This document shows, piece by piece, positions 29,812 through 39,421 of a DNA stretch of 63,440 bases. Each line of letters begins with the position of its first letter. Positions within the stretch are counted from its first letter, which is position 1. The stretch is from Abditibacteriaceae bacterium. GTDB taxonomy: Bacteria; Armatimonadota; Abditibacteriia; Abditibacteriales; Abditibacteriaceae. Made by a program: the position numbers and the translations under genes. The notes below the pieces were generated by a model. That model searched no databases. It was not told where the DNA came from and was given only the letters and a program-made list of their open reading frames with translations. The DNA lies in the NCBI GenBank assembly GCA_031372065.1, contig JANMKN010000032.1:1-63440 (forward strand), read 5' to 3'.

Positions 29812-30528
29812 ATGTCTTTTTCGCAGAAATACAGTTGGGCCGAGAGCGAAATGCCCAAATTAGTGCTGCAACTGTCGGCGGTTGGCCTGCAATTGGACTC
29901 GCCGTTAGCGGTGAGTTTGGGCGTGCTGCCCGCCGACGCCACGCACTGGAAAAGTGGCGCTGCGGTGCTGGCTTTCGCCGGAAACTACATTGGCGCGCTG
30001 CGGGGCTACGCGGTGGCCGTCACCCACTGGCGCGATAACTTTCTCATTGACCGCACACCAGAGCGCGTGGTGCTGCCGCATCTGACGCTGCCCTCCATTC
30101 CGCCCGATGTGCAAGCGGTCTTTGACGATCCGGCTTTCCTGACCGATTTTCTCGATTGGTGCAACGCCTTAGTGGCCCGCATGGAGAAAAACGGCCTGAC
30201 CGATGCCGATAGGAGTCAATTGGGCCTGCTGGTGCCACCGCCCCCGCCGCCCAAAGACCAAATGCAGGCCGTAGTGCGCTCGGTGCATGACCATCCGCAC
30301 GGCCTGATTGAAGTCAATGCCGACCGCAAAAATCAGCCGCAAGTCAAAGCGACGGTCACGTTAGACGACGGCACCGTGCTGGAAAAGACGCTGCCCAGTG
30401 CCAAAATCCCGTTCAACCTGCCGACAGATCGCATTCACAGCTTCACCGTGGTGGTGCAATACGCCGACAGATTAGGCAACCTCTATGGCCTACAGAGCGC
30501 GCCCTTCTCTGGCCGCAGCGAGTTGTAA
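29812..30528 (+). CDS. Hypothetical cytoplasmic protein: helical N-domain, poly-Pro linker, FN3/Ig-like C-domain
   Basis: AAAGGAG RBS; no signal peptide; QLGL-PPPPPP linker followed by beta-rich C-terminus. Confidence 0.7.
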   Translation: MSFSQKYSWAESEMPKLVLQLSAVGLQLDSPLAVSLGVLPADATHWKSGAAVLAFAGNYIGALRGYAVAVTHWRDNFLIDRTPERVVLPHLTLPSIPPDVQAVFDDPAFLTDFLDWCNALVARMEKNGLTDADRSQLGLLVPPPPPPKDQMQAVVRSVHDHPHGLIEVNADRKNQPQVKATVTLDDGTVLEKTLPSAKIPFNLPTDRIHSFTVVVQYADRLGNLYGLQSAPFSGRSEL

Positions 30529-30560
30529 CTCATGTTACGCAGTGCGCTATGGTAGGCACT

Positions 30561-30755
30561 GGAAAGAGCGACTTTGTCGCTCGTCCCCTCACCCAACCTC
30601 TCCCCCATTCGCTTCGCTGGGGAGAGGAGAACTTGACCACTACGCCCTTGCCCTATTCAGATGAGCAGAAGCGTATGAGCAACGCACTCCTCTCCCCAGC
30701 GAAGCGAATGGGGGAGAGGTTGGGTGAGGGGACGAGCGACAAAGTCGCTCTTTCC
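30561..30755. repeat. REPIN/MITE-like element with 69-bp perfect inverted arms
   Basis: 30561-30629 is the exact reverse complement of 30687-30755; 57-bp core. Confidence 0.9.
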
Positions 30756-30805
30756 TCCTAACACAAATCAACCGCTTAACATGAGTTGTAAGTAGTCCAC
30801 CAAAC

Positions 30806-30840
30806 AAAAGCGACGGGCCAAAATTGGCCCGTCGCTTTTT
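30806..30840. terminator. Bidirectional intrinsic terminator
   Basis: AAAAGCGACGGGCCAA...TTGGCCCGTCGCTTTT between convergent genes. Confidence 0.8.
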
Positions 30841-30851
30841 GCTTTCAAGGT

Positions 30852-31251
30852 CTAAGCAATTCCTTTACTCTCTCTTCTCACCTGCCAAACCCCGTATTTC
30901 CATAACACGATAAATTCTTCGTCCATCACGGGCGTATGATGATAAACGTGGACTTCAAAAGGATTTGCCCATGAAGGTGCCCCCAATTCTAATCCATTAC
31001 CGTGTTTACCTGTGACTTTATCGAAGTAGTCGTCGCCCGGCCCATCCATCGTAGGTGCAACCCTCGACAGCTTCCAAAACGCTATTGTGTTGCGAAAGCG
31101 TCCAAAGTTTGAAGCATAAAACAAGTCCCAACAGGCAAGGAATGGTAATTCTGGAAATGGTGAACGATTTGGCTCCGACGCCTTGCCCAAGGCAGTTAGG
31201 ACACTCCATCTCCGCCGATTCCATCTCATAGTGACATTTTGGGCAGATCAT
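30852..31251 (-). pseudogene. Probably frameshifted zinc-ribbon membrane protein
   Basis: MICPKC..CPNC plus TM in one frame (31018-31251); protein-like tail in another frame ending at 30852. Confidence 0.45.
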
Positions 31252-31279
31252 GACAAATTCGCTTTGATTACATCACGGC

Positions 31280-32578
31280 CTACGGCAGCAAATCGCCGAT
31301 GAGCATAATGCCGCCGACGCGCATGGCGGTGCCGTCGTAGCGTTTGGGATCGAAGCCGGGCTTGTTTTTTTCGATATTGGTCACGCTGGAACGGTCGGGC
31401 TGTTCGGGCAAAATTTCGACGCTAACGGTGTGTTCGGCATCGGGCAAGCCTTCGCCAATCCACAGCGTCGCCAAACGATGGTAGCTGCAATAGCTGTCGA
31501 AGCGCTGCGCGATGGATTCCTTGCCGTCCAAGGTGACTTTCACTTTAGCCCCATCCGGGCCGAGCAAGTCGTAGAGTTTGACGGCGCTGCCTTTGAAGCG
31601 AAACGAAATTTTCTCGCCGGGCGAAGTCGCTTCCCACATTTCCGGCATCCGGTTGGAAAAGTTTTTGAAGAGTTGTGACGCGGCGTCCAATTTCTTCCAG
31701 CCGGGCGTTAGCATATTCGGCTGCACGGGCGCGATCTTGGCGTTTTCCCAGTTGTCGGCTTGCAGCGGCGCTTTCAGGTCGTGCGCGCCGATGTTGTTGA
31801 GCGGTGCCATCGCTTGCACGGCGTCCGCCACGACATCGGCGTAAACCTGATGTGCGGCATCGAGCGGATGCGTGCTGTCCGTCGAAAAGAGCAAAATGCC
31901 TTCGGGCGTGGGTTTATCTTTGCCGTCCGCGTCTTTTTCGGGCACAACCCATAACTTGCCGTTTTGCAGCATCTCGTTCATTTTGAAAGCGACGCTAATC
32001 GAAGGAATGTTGTAATAATCGGCTAATTTTTCCATCGCCGAAGCCGAGCGCGGGAAATTGCCGTTTTTCAAATCGTTGGCCTGCCCGCCTTGAAAGGTGT
32101 AAACGTAGGCGATGTCGGTGGTCGGGTCGGCCTTCCACGTTTGGCGAACGATGCCTTCCATGCCGCGCCAAATGTTTTCCGGCGAGGCGCCACCATCGTT
32201 GACAGCGAATTCGACAAACACCAAATCGGGCTTGAAATTCAGCACGTCCTGCTGATTGCGATAAACGCCCAAATCGGAGCCGGTGCCACCAATCGCCGCG
32301 TTAATTTCGCTGATTTTCGCGTTCGGCCACGTTTTCTTGAACCAATCCAGTGTTTTAGGACGCCAACCATTGGCCGCCGTGATGCTGCCGCCAAAATAAG
32401 CGATTTTCACTTCTTTTCCGGCATTCAATTTCGCCAGCACATTCGGAATACCGCCGCGTGGACGAAACTGCGCCGCCGGGACAAGCGGGAAATTATTTTG
32501 CGCCTGCGCGCTACGCGATGCGCCATCCGGCGCGAACAATAAAGTCATGGTGATGCCGCCTAAAATCCAATTATTCAT
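31280..32578 (-). CDS. Secreted SGNH/GDSL hydrolase
   Basis: GGSIT, AIGGT, EFAVND, DSTHP blocks. Confidence 0.9.
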   Translation of the reverse strand: MNNWILGGITMTLLFAPDGASRSAQAQNNFPLVPAAQFRPRGGIPNVLAKLNAGKEVKIAYFGGSITAANGWRPKTLDWFKKTWPNAKISEINAAIGGTGSDLGVYRNQQDVLNFKPDLVFVEFAVNDGGASPENIWRGMEGIVRQTWKADPTTDIAYVYTFQGGQANDLKNGNFPRSASAMEKLADYYNIPSISVAFKMNEMLQNGKLWVVPEKDADGKDKPTPEGILLFSTDSTHPLDAAHQVYADVVADAVQAMAPLNNIGAHDLKAPLQADNWENAKIAPVQPNMLTPGWKKLDAASQLFKNFSNRMPEMWEATSPGEKISFRFKGSAVKLYDLLGPDGAKVKVTLDGKESIAQRFDSYCSYHRLATLWIGEGLPDAEHTVSVEILPEQPDRSSVTNIEKNKPGFDPKRYDGTAMRVGGIMLIGDLLP

Positions 32579-32754
32579 TTGTTCCTCTTTTTTACAGCCG
32601 TTTTGTAACCCCAAACAGCCGCAACTGCACCAATAATCATGGAAGAACCTTCAAAATCCTTCTTGGGAAAAGTAACGCCAACCCACATCACAAACATAAA
32701 CAAAGCTACAAATAACAGCAAAATTACCACGCCATCTATCAATTTCTGTTGCAT
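32575..32754 (-). CDS. 59-aa two-TM small membrane protein (not in ORF track)
   Basis: MQQKLIDGVVILLLFVALFMFVMWVGV...KKRNK*; ATGA overlap with the SGNH start; AAGGA RBS. Confidence 0.6.
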   Translation of the reverse strand: MQQKLIDGVVILLLFVALFMFVMWVGVTFPKKDFEGSSMIIGAVAAVWGYKTAVKKRNK

Positions 32755-32761
32755 TCCGAAA

Positions 32762-33589
32762 TTATCCTTTTACTGCGCCGGAAGTGAGACCCGCGATGAA
32801 CTCTTTTTGCAGCAGCAAGAACAGCACAACGACGGGCAGAATTGAAAGCAGCGTGCCTGCCATGAGCGCGCCGTATTGCTGTTGCTGCAAACCGACGAGG
32901 CTATTCAGGCCAATCGGCAGCGTGAAGTTGGAACCGGTGTGTAAAATAATTTGCGGCCACAAAAAGTTGTTCCACGCGCCCATGAACGAGATTAGACAAA
33001 ACGCGCCGACCATAGGGCGCACCACCGGCATCACGATGCCCCAGTAAATTTGAAATTCGCTGGCGCCGTCAATGCGCGCGGCGTGTATCATTTCGTCGGG
33101 CACCTGCGTCATAGCCTGCCGGAAAAGGAAAATGCCGAATACGCTGACCGCGCCGGGAATGATGAGTCCGGCGTGCGTGTCCATCAGGCCAAGGCGATAA
33201 ATTTGTTCATAAAGCGGCGCCATGATGACCTGTCCGGGGATCATCACCGTCGTCAGCATCAAAACCGTGACAACGTTGCGTCCTTTGAAGTCGTATTTCG
33301 CCAGCGAAAAGCCAGCCAGCGACGAAAAGAAAAGCTGAATAATCACTACCGAACTGGTGACAAAGGCACTGTTAATGACGTAAAGCCCAAACGGAATCGC
33401 CGCAAAAAGCGCCTTGAAGTTTTCATTCGATAGGCGGGGCGCAAAGAAATAATAACTCCAAAAATCGTCTGGATTTTTCGTAGTCGCCGCGATGAGCCAC
33501 ACCACCGGCGTCAGCGTTACCAGCGCCGCCAAAACCAGTAACGTGATAACCGCGCCGCGCGCTGCAATGGTGGAAGTTTTCGGTTTCAT
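32762..33589 (-). CDS. Carbohydrate ABC transporter permease
   Basis: EAA loop HAARIDGASE; WNNFLWP; GAVKG C-terminus. Confidence 0.95.
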   Translation of the reverse strand: MKPKTSTIAARGAVITLLVLAALVTLTPVVWLIAATTKNPDDFWSYYFFAPRLSNENFKALFAAIPFGLYVINSAFVTSSVVIIQLFFSSLAGFSLAKYDFKGRNVVTVLMLTTVMIPGQVIMAPLYEQIYRLGLMDTHAGLIIPGAVSVFGIFLFRQAMTQVPDEMIHAARIDGASEFQIYWGIVMPVVRPMVGAFCLISFMGAWNNFLWPQIILHTGSNFTLPIGLNSLVGLQQQQYGALMAGTLLSILPVVVLFLLLQKEFIAGLTSGAVKG

Positions 33590-33599
33590 TTCGATTCTT

Positions 33600-33674
33600 T
33601 AAAGACAAAGAGCATGAAGACACAAATCTGTGTCTTCATGTCTTTATTTTGTGTCTCCATGCTCTTTGTCTTTA
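33600..33674. repeat. Intergenic palindromic repeat
   Basis: taaagacaaagagcatg mirrored by catgctctttgtcttta. Confidence 0.75.
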
Positions 33675-33675
33675 A

Positions 33676-34575
33676 TCACTCATTCTTCAGCGCACCGGTC
33701 AATTTCAACTGCGCGAGGCTGATGATCAGCACGAAGAAGGCTAACTTCCAGCCGACAGTGGAAGCGTAGCCCAAATCGCCGGTCACAAAGCCGGTTTGGT
33801 AGAGATACATCACAACCGTGAGGCCCGATTTATTGGGGCCGCTACCCTGCCCCAACATGATGAAGGGCAGTTCAAATAATTGAAAACTGCCGATGGTGCT
33901 GGTCAGCAAAGTAAAAATCACCACGGGGCGGATGCCGGGCAAAGTGACGGAGCGAAACTGCTGCGCGCCGCTCGCGCCGTCCACTTGCGCGGCTTCGTAA
34001 AGGTCTTTGTCCACGGCCTGCAACGCCGCCAAAAAATAAACCATGTGGTGCCCGGCATACATCCAGAGTGCTGTCATGATGATGGCGGGCATCACCAGAT
34101 TTTGATCGGCCAAAAATTTGGTATCAAGCGGAAAGCGATCCGGCGAAAGCCAGTTCAGAAACTGCACGATGATGCCGTATTGCGGCACGAACAGCACCGA
34201 AAATAATACGCCCACAAAAACGCTGCCGACAAGTTGCGGCGAGAAAAACGCGAGCCTAAAAAAATCGCGCCCGCGCACCCATTTTTGCGACAGCAAAATC
34301 GCAAGGCCCAGCGCCACGGGCAGTTGCAAAAGCACCGAGCAAAACGCAAACGTCGCGGTGTTTTTGACCGCAATGAAAAAGTCGGGGTCGTTCAGCAGAA
34401 ACTGAAAATTCTTGGTGCCCACAAAGACCGCATTTTTCGGCCCCGCCGTGACGTAAAACGCCAACATCAAGCTCTTAATAATCGGCCACGCTTGAAACGC
34501 GGCGAATAACACCAGAAACGGCGCCACGAATATATAGGGCGCCATTTTATGTTGTAAGCGATGCTGGTTGTTCAT
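33676..34575 (-). CDS. Carbohydrate ABC transporter permease
   Basis: LYEAAQVDGAS; FQLFE. Confidence 0.95.
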   Translation of the reverse strand: MNNQHRLQHKMAPYIFVAPFLVLFAAFQAWPIIKSLMLAFYVTAGPKNAVFVGTKNFQFLLNDPDFFIAVKNTATFAFCSVLLQLPVALGLAILLSQKWVRGRDFFRLAFFSPQLVGSVFVGVLFSVLFVPQYGIIVQFLNWLSPDRFPLDTKFLADQNLVMPAIIMTALWMYAGHHMVYFLAALQAVDKDLYEAAQVDGASGAQQFRSVTLPGIRPVVIFTLLTSTIGSFQLFELPFIMLGQGSGPNKSGLTVVMYLYQTGFVTGDLGYASTVGWKLAFFVLIISLAQLKLTGALKNE

Positions 34576-34582
34576 GATCTTT

Positions 34583-34672
34583 AAACCACAGATGGACACG
34601 GATTGACGCAGATGAATTTTAGAGATTTGAAGTTTTCAAATCATCCGCGTCTATCTGCGTTTATCACTGGTT
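34583..34672. repeat. REP-like imperfect palindrome (CACAGAT/CGCAGAT units)
   Basis: aaccacagatggacacggattgacgcagatg mirrored by catccgcgtctatctgcgtttatcactggtt. Confidence 0.65.
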
Positions 34673-36021
34673 CAATAAGGATTCCTCGCGATGAGTGCCC
34701 GCAATTCGTCGCCGCTTTTTTTGAGGCGGGTGCGCGCGTAGCTTTCAAAGTTTTTATCGCCGTTGGCGCGGTAGTAAGTGATGCAATCCACCAACGCCTC
34801 GCCTAATTTGGCTTTGCCTTGTGCGATAAACGGACTTGTGACCTGCGCGGGCACATCGGGAGCTAAGGCCGAATACAAATTGCCCAGTTTTTGGCCGCTC
34901 CAGTATTCGCGTTTTTCGTCGAATTCGGGTTGTTTCCACGCGGCGCGCAGGGCGGGCAAGATGTTGGTGTCGTTGAAGCGTTGGCCAAGCTCTTTTTTGT
35001 CCAAATAAAGGTGCAAAATCAGTTGCCACGCTAAGTCGGGATGCTTGCACTGTTTGGTTATGCCAATCATGGTGCCGCCCCAAGTGCTGGTGCGACGCTG
35101 GCCCGGTGAAACTGCGGGAAGCGGCATCAATTTCATTTTGCCGCTCATGCTCGGAATGTCTTTTTCGATGGATTTCGAGCGCCAATCGGGGCAGACGAGG
35201 CACACGAAATACCCATCCTCAACAGCTTTGGTTAGAATCTGCCCGCCGCCCAGATTGTTGGCAATGCGGTCTTTCGCGGCGATGAGCGGCACGAACCACA
35301 ACATCGTTTTTACGCCGGTTTCGCCATCGAAAATTACGTTGCCTTTGATGTCAAAAAGCGCGCTATTGCGTTGAAAAAGGCACATCTCTAAATGCGCCGA
35401 GCGCGCTTCTTCAAATTCGATCATGTAACGCTTGTTGGGAATCGTCAGTTTTTTGCCGACGCGAATGAAATCGTCCCACGTTTTGATGGAATCGGCGTCC
35501 ACGCCTTCTTTTTTAAAAATCTCCGCGTTATACGCCAGCATCACCGGATGAACATCGTGTGGCACGCCAAAAATGTGGCCCCGGCTGGTGTAAGAGGTGA
35601 ACCGCGAAGCCACCATGCCATCCAGCAAACCGGCGGTTTTGACGCGCTCGGTGATGTCGAGAAAACCCACATCGTCAATCGGCCCGCGAAAATAACCGCC
35701 CGCTGTGTCAATCGGAATTTCGACGACATCCGGCAAATCCACACCGCTCCACATCGCGGCTTGAAGGCGCTGCGTCACAGCCACCCAACTGACTAACTGG
35801 TCTTCAATTTTCGTTCCGGGATGCTTCTTTTCAAAGGTGTCAAACGCCGATTGATACGCGTCGTAATGCTGTTTGGCAAACGTCCAAAATTTGATGTTCG
35901 TTTCGCTATGCGAAGCCGCCACGCGGGCATCGTGCGCCGTGAAATACAACCGCGCTGTGCCCGAAAACAGGCACAGCAACAAAATCCAAAACGCCGCGCG
36001 GCCAAAAGGAAAAGAAGGCAT
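34672..36021 (-). CDS. Carbohydrate ABC transporter substrate-binding protein
   Basis: N-terminal TM; LPDV, YNAEIF, TWDDF, WGG. Confidence 0.9.
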   Translation of the reverse strand: MPSFPFGRAAFWILLLCLFSGTARLYFTAHDARVAASHSETNIKFWTFAKQHYDAYQSAFDTFEKKHPGTKIEDQLVSWVAVTQRLQAAMWSGVDLPDVVEIPIDTAGGYFRGPIDDVGFLDITERVKTAGLLDGMVASRFTSYTSRGHIFGVPHDVHPVMLAYNAEIFKKEGVDADSIKTWDDFIRVGKKLTIPNKRYMIEFEEARSAHLEMCLFQRNSALFDIKGNVIFDGETGVKTMLWFVPLIAAKDRIANNLGGGQILTKAVEDGYFVCLVCPDWRSKSIEKDIPSMSGKMKLMPLPAVSPGQRRTSTWGGTMIGITKQCKHPDLAWQLILHLYLDKKELGQRFNDTNILPALRAAWKQPEFDEKREYWSGQKLGNLYSALAPDVPAQVTSPFIAQGKAKLGEALVDCITYYRANGDKNFESYARTRLKKSGDELRALIARNPY

Positions 36022-36025
36022 AAAA

Positions 36026-36101
36026 ATGCGGAATGCGGAATGCGGAATGCGGAATGCGGAGTGCGGAGTGGAAAATTCCGCACTCCGCATTTCACATTCC
36101 G
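36026..36101. repeat. Heptamer tandem (ATGCGGA)n with inverted copies
   Basis: Five ATGCGGA units, then GTGCGGA, then TCCGCAC/TCCGCAT. Confidence 0.9.
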
Positions 36102-36105
36102 TATT

Positions 36106-37269
36106 TTAAACAATCGCTTGTTCGGTTTCCTTGTCGAAGACATGCGCAGCGTTGGCGTCTAAAACGACATCCAATTCGCCGCCTTCTTTAGCTTTGGTTT
36201 CGGCGTCCACATCAGCGAGAAGCGTGTGCTGCCCAGCGGTCAGGTAAATAATCGAATTAGCGCCCATCGGCTCAACAACATCCACTTTCATGCGCGTGAC
36301 ATTGGTGGTGTCGGTCAAATTCGTCAGGGTTTTGTCGTGAATATCTTCGGGGCGCAGGCCCAAAATCACGGTTTTGCCAATGTAATTTTGCAAGGCCGCT
36401 GCTTTGCTTTCGGGCAGATGCACTTGAAATGCGCCCGCATCTACAATCGGCGCGCCGCCATTTTTGGAAACCGTCGCTTCAACGAAGTTCATCGAAGGCG
36501 TGCCCAAAAAGCCGGCCACGAACATATTCACCGGCTCATGGTAAAGTTTCAGCGGCGTATCGCATTGCTGCACAAGGCCGTCTTTCATTACCACAATGCG
36601 CTGGCCCATTGTCATCGCTTCCACTTGATCGTGCGTGACGTAAATCGTCGTAACACCAAGGCGGCGATGCAATTTAATCAGTTCGGCGCGCGTTTGCACA
36701 CGCAGTTTGGCATCAAGGTTGGACAGCGGTTCATCCATCAAAAACACTTCGGGATGGCGCACGATGGCGCGGCCCAAAGCCACGCGCTGACGCTGGCCTC
36801 CAGAAAGCGCTTTGGGTTTACGGTCAAGCAAATGCTGGATGCCCAAAAGTTCGGCGGTTTCCTGAATGTTGCGGTCAATATCGTCTTTGATTTTTTTTGC
36901 TTCAGCGGCGTGCGTCAATTGCCACGCCATGCCCGGCAACTGGCGCAGACGCAGGCCAAACGCCATGTTGTCGTAAACGCTCATGTGCGGATAAAGCGCG
37001 TAGTTTTGGAACACCATCGCAATGTTACGATCTCGCGGCGGCACATCATTGACAAGACGGTCACCGATGCGAATTTCGCCGCCGGTGGATTCTTCCAAAC
37101 CGGCGACCATGCGCATCGTGGTAGATTTGCCGCAGCCGGACGGCCCGACTAAAACCAAAAACTCGCCATCTTCGATGGTGAGATTGAAATTGTCCACTGC
37201 GCGGACTTCTTTTTTGGTCTGGGAATCGGTGAAAACTTTGGTGAGATTGCGAAGTTCAACTTGCGCCAT
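36106..37269 (-). CDS. Sugar ABC transporter ATP-binding protein (MalK/UgpC/MsmX family)
   Basis: GPSGCGKST, LSGGQRQR, DEPLSNLD, YVTHDQ. Confidence 0.97.
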   Translation of the reverse strand: MAQVELRNLTKVFTDSQTKKEVRAVDNFNLTIEDGEFLVLVGPSGCGKSTTMRMVAGLEESTGGEIRIGDRLVNDVPPRDRNIAMVFQNYALYPHMSVYDNMAFGLRLRQLPGMAWQLTHAAEAKKIKDDIDRNIQETAELLGIQHLLDRKPKALSGGQRQRVALGRAIVRHPEVFLMDEPLSNLDAKLRVQTRAELIKLHRRLGVTTIYVTHDQVEAMTMGQRIVVMKDGLVQQCDTPLKLYHEPVNMFVAGFLGTPSMNFVEATVSKNGGAPIVDAGAFQVHLPESKAAALQNYIGKTVILGLRPEDIHDKTLTNLTDTTNVTRMKVDVVEPMGANSIIYLTAGQHTLLADVDAETKAKEGGELDVVLDANAAHVFDKETEQAIV

Positions 37270-37365
37270 GCGTTTGTGACTCCAATTAAATGATCGAATT
37301 TGTGAATCGTGAGAATTGAGACAATTTTAGGCGCAGAGCGCGGCGCTGTCAAACGAAAACGGCCA

Positions 37366-38076
37366 ATGCGCGGCTATTTGGCTTTGCTAATGCTGCTTTT
37401 CGCCGGTTGCACGCCCCAAAAACCAGAGCAAAAACCACATGACAAACCGGCGTATTATCGTGACCCGCGCAGCGGGCGCGCCGCTTATGCGCTGCCCCGC
37501 ACCGCCGCGCCACTTTTTGAACCGAAACTCGCCAGGCGACTTTTGGACGACCCCAAACGCGCTCAATGGCAAAAACCACAGCAAATTGTGGATGCCTTGA
37601 AATTGCAAAACGGTGATGTAGTCGCCGATATTGGCAGCGGTTCGGGCTATTTATTGCCGCATCTCAGCCGCGCCGTCGGGCCGCGCGGCGCGGTTTTCGC
37701 CGAAGAAATTCAAAGCGATTATTTTCCGGCTCTCCAACGCCACGCAAAGAAATTTAAAAATATTCGCATGGTGCAAGGCACCTTCGACAACCCGAAACTA
37801 CCACAAAAAGTAGATTGCTTGGTTTTGCTGACAACTTATCACGAAGTCGAAAATCCCGTCGCCTTTTTGAAAACGCTAAGGCGCTACGCCAAACCAAAGG
37901 CAAGGCTGGCAATTATTGATTTCGATGCGGCGCGCCAAGGTTCCCCGCCCGCACCTAAAGGTCACGAAGTCGCGGATGTGATTGTCATCGCTGAAACCAA
38001 AGCCGCCGGTTGGGAATTGAAAACGCGTCACGAATTTCTTTCCAGTCAGTTCTTTTTAGAGTTCGCCGTTAAGTGA
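37366..38076 (+). CDS. Class I SAM-dependent methyltransferase with lipoprotein signal
   Basis: LLFAGC lipobox; VADIGSGSG. Confidence 0.85.
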   Translation: MRGYLALLMLLFAGCTPQKPEQKPHDKPAYYRDPRSGRAAYALPRTAAPLFEPKLARRLLDDPKRAQWQKPQQIVDALKLQNGDVVADIGSGSGYLLPHLSRAVGPRGAVFAEEIQSDYFPALQRHAKKFKNIRMVQGTFDNPKLPQKVDCLVLLTTYHEVENPVAFLKTLRRYAKPKARLAIIDFDAARQGSPPAPKGHEVADVIVIAETKAAGWELKTRHEFLSSQFFLEFAVK

Positions 38077-38299
38077 AATAAAGTCGCGATTTTTCCTGCA
38101 TTTCAAAAATAATTTAATTCTTTTTGATTGTTTTAACTAATGTTAGAGATTATGATGGCCCAGCTTTAAAAGGAGTGAATTGGGCGAATTTGTGAAAAAT
38201 AGCACAAAATCCTTGTGAAATATGCCACAAATGAAAAGACCTATTGACTGAACGTGATAATTATTGGATTTAGCAGCTTTATTTTGAGTTTTAATCTGC

Positions 38300-38328
38300 T
38301 TGACGAAACCGGTATCAATAGTTAGAAT
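38300..38328 (+). promoter_or_regulatory. Sigma70-type promoter of the atp operon
   Basis: TTGACG-N17-TAGAAT with AT-rich upstream region. Confidence 0.75.
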
Positions 38329-38354
38329 CGCAATGACCCGAAAGCAGGAATGCC

Positions 38355-38855
38355 ATGAATGATGGCTCAAAAGGCTCGCAGGACGGCCCGCCCAAGGGCC
38401 TCAGTTGGACACAAACCCGCTTGGTGCGCCTGACGCAAGGCGGACCGAAGGGAATGCAAGCCTCGGCTATTGGCTTTGTGCTGGCGGGGCCGATTGTCGG
38501 GGGATTTTTGATCGGTTGGTGGATTGATCAAAAATTTGGCACACAGTTTTGGGTTTTGATTTTGGGTTTGCTGGGCGTTTACAGCGGTTTTCGCGAAACG
38601 TTCGCTTTGCTGAAAAATTTACAGCCGACTCAATACGAGCGCACGCCACCGCCGGGACGCGACAAAATCGTGCCTAAAGCGCCGCCTACGCTGCCCGAAC
38701 AAACCGAAAGTGCGCCTCAACAGCGCTTGTTCAAAGTGCCACCGCCGCCGTTCATGGAAAGCGCCTCCCCAGAAAAATCCGAATTGCGACAGCCACAAAA
38801 TGCCGAAGAAGTGCTGCGCAAATTGATGGGAAAAGAAGACGACCAAAAAAATTGA
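38355..38855 (+). CDS. AtpZ/AtpI family protein
   Basis: GFLIGWWIDQKFGT two-TM motif; first gene of the operon. Confidence 0.8.
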   Translation: MNDGSKGSQDGPPKGLSWTQTRLVRLTQGGPKGMQASAIGFVLAGPIVGGFLIGWWIDQKFGTQFWVLILGLLGVYSGFRETFALLKNLQPTQYERTPPPGRDKIVPKAPPTLPEQTESAPQQRLFKVPPPPFMESASPEKSELRQPQNAEEVLRKLMGKEDDQKN

Positions 38856-39421
38856 TGAACAGTTTCCAAGTGCCCGCGCCGCCGCCTGCGTCGTTTGAAC
38901 AGCAAAAGTCAAACGCGGCGCAAAAATTGAATCGCTTGGCAACGGCGCCGCAAAAAAAATTTGCTCCGCTGGACGCCGAATTCTTGCAGCGCGTTTATCG
39001 CACCAATTTGCTCTTTGGCGCGCTGTTGAGTTTGGGACTGGGACTGATTTTGCACAGCATGGCAGCTTTGCTATCGGGAGCAGCGGGCGTTTTAAGCGCG
39101 CTTTTGGTGCTTAAAGCCAAAGAACTGTTCGTTTTGCGCGTGGTTCGGCCTTTAGATGCGGCGCCTTATGAGGGAACAGGAAAATGGTTGCCGCGCTGGG
39201 CGATTGGCATCGGAAAGTTTTTTCTGATCGGTGGCGGCATTGCGCTGCTACATCGTTATGAATTAATTAATTTCGTCGCGTTTGTCATTGGTGTTGCCAG
39301 CGTTCAGGTGATGATAATCTCGATGGCTTTGGGCAGACTGCTGGGCAATCGCGACGCCGGACGTTCTTTGCGCGACATTTATGTCACGCCACACAAAATT
39401 AAAAACACGCCTCATGTTTAA
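38852..39421 (+). CDS. ATP synthase protein I-like membrane protein
   Basis: Four TM helices; directly before subunit a. Confidence 0.65.
   Translation: MMNSFQVPAPPPASFEQQKSNAAQKLNRLATAPQKKFAPLDAEFLQRVYRTNLLFGALLSLGLGLILHSMAALLSGAAGVLSALLVLKAKELFVLRVVRPLDAAPYEGTGKWLPRWAIGIGKFFLIGGGIALLHRYELINFVAFVIGVASVQVMIISMALGRLLGNRDAGRSLRDIYVTPHKIKNTPHV

Noticed and set aside
28061..30755. Prophage or diversity-generating retroelement
   Set aside because: No integrase, terminase, capsid or reverse transcriptase, and no adenine-specific TR/VR pair seen
36226..37152. Long antisense ORF (308 aa) and similar shadow ORFs
   Set aside because: It lies opposite a conserved ABC ATPase gene and is a typical codon-bias shadow
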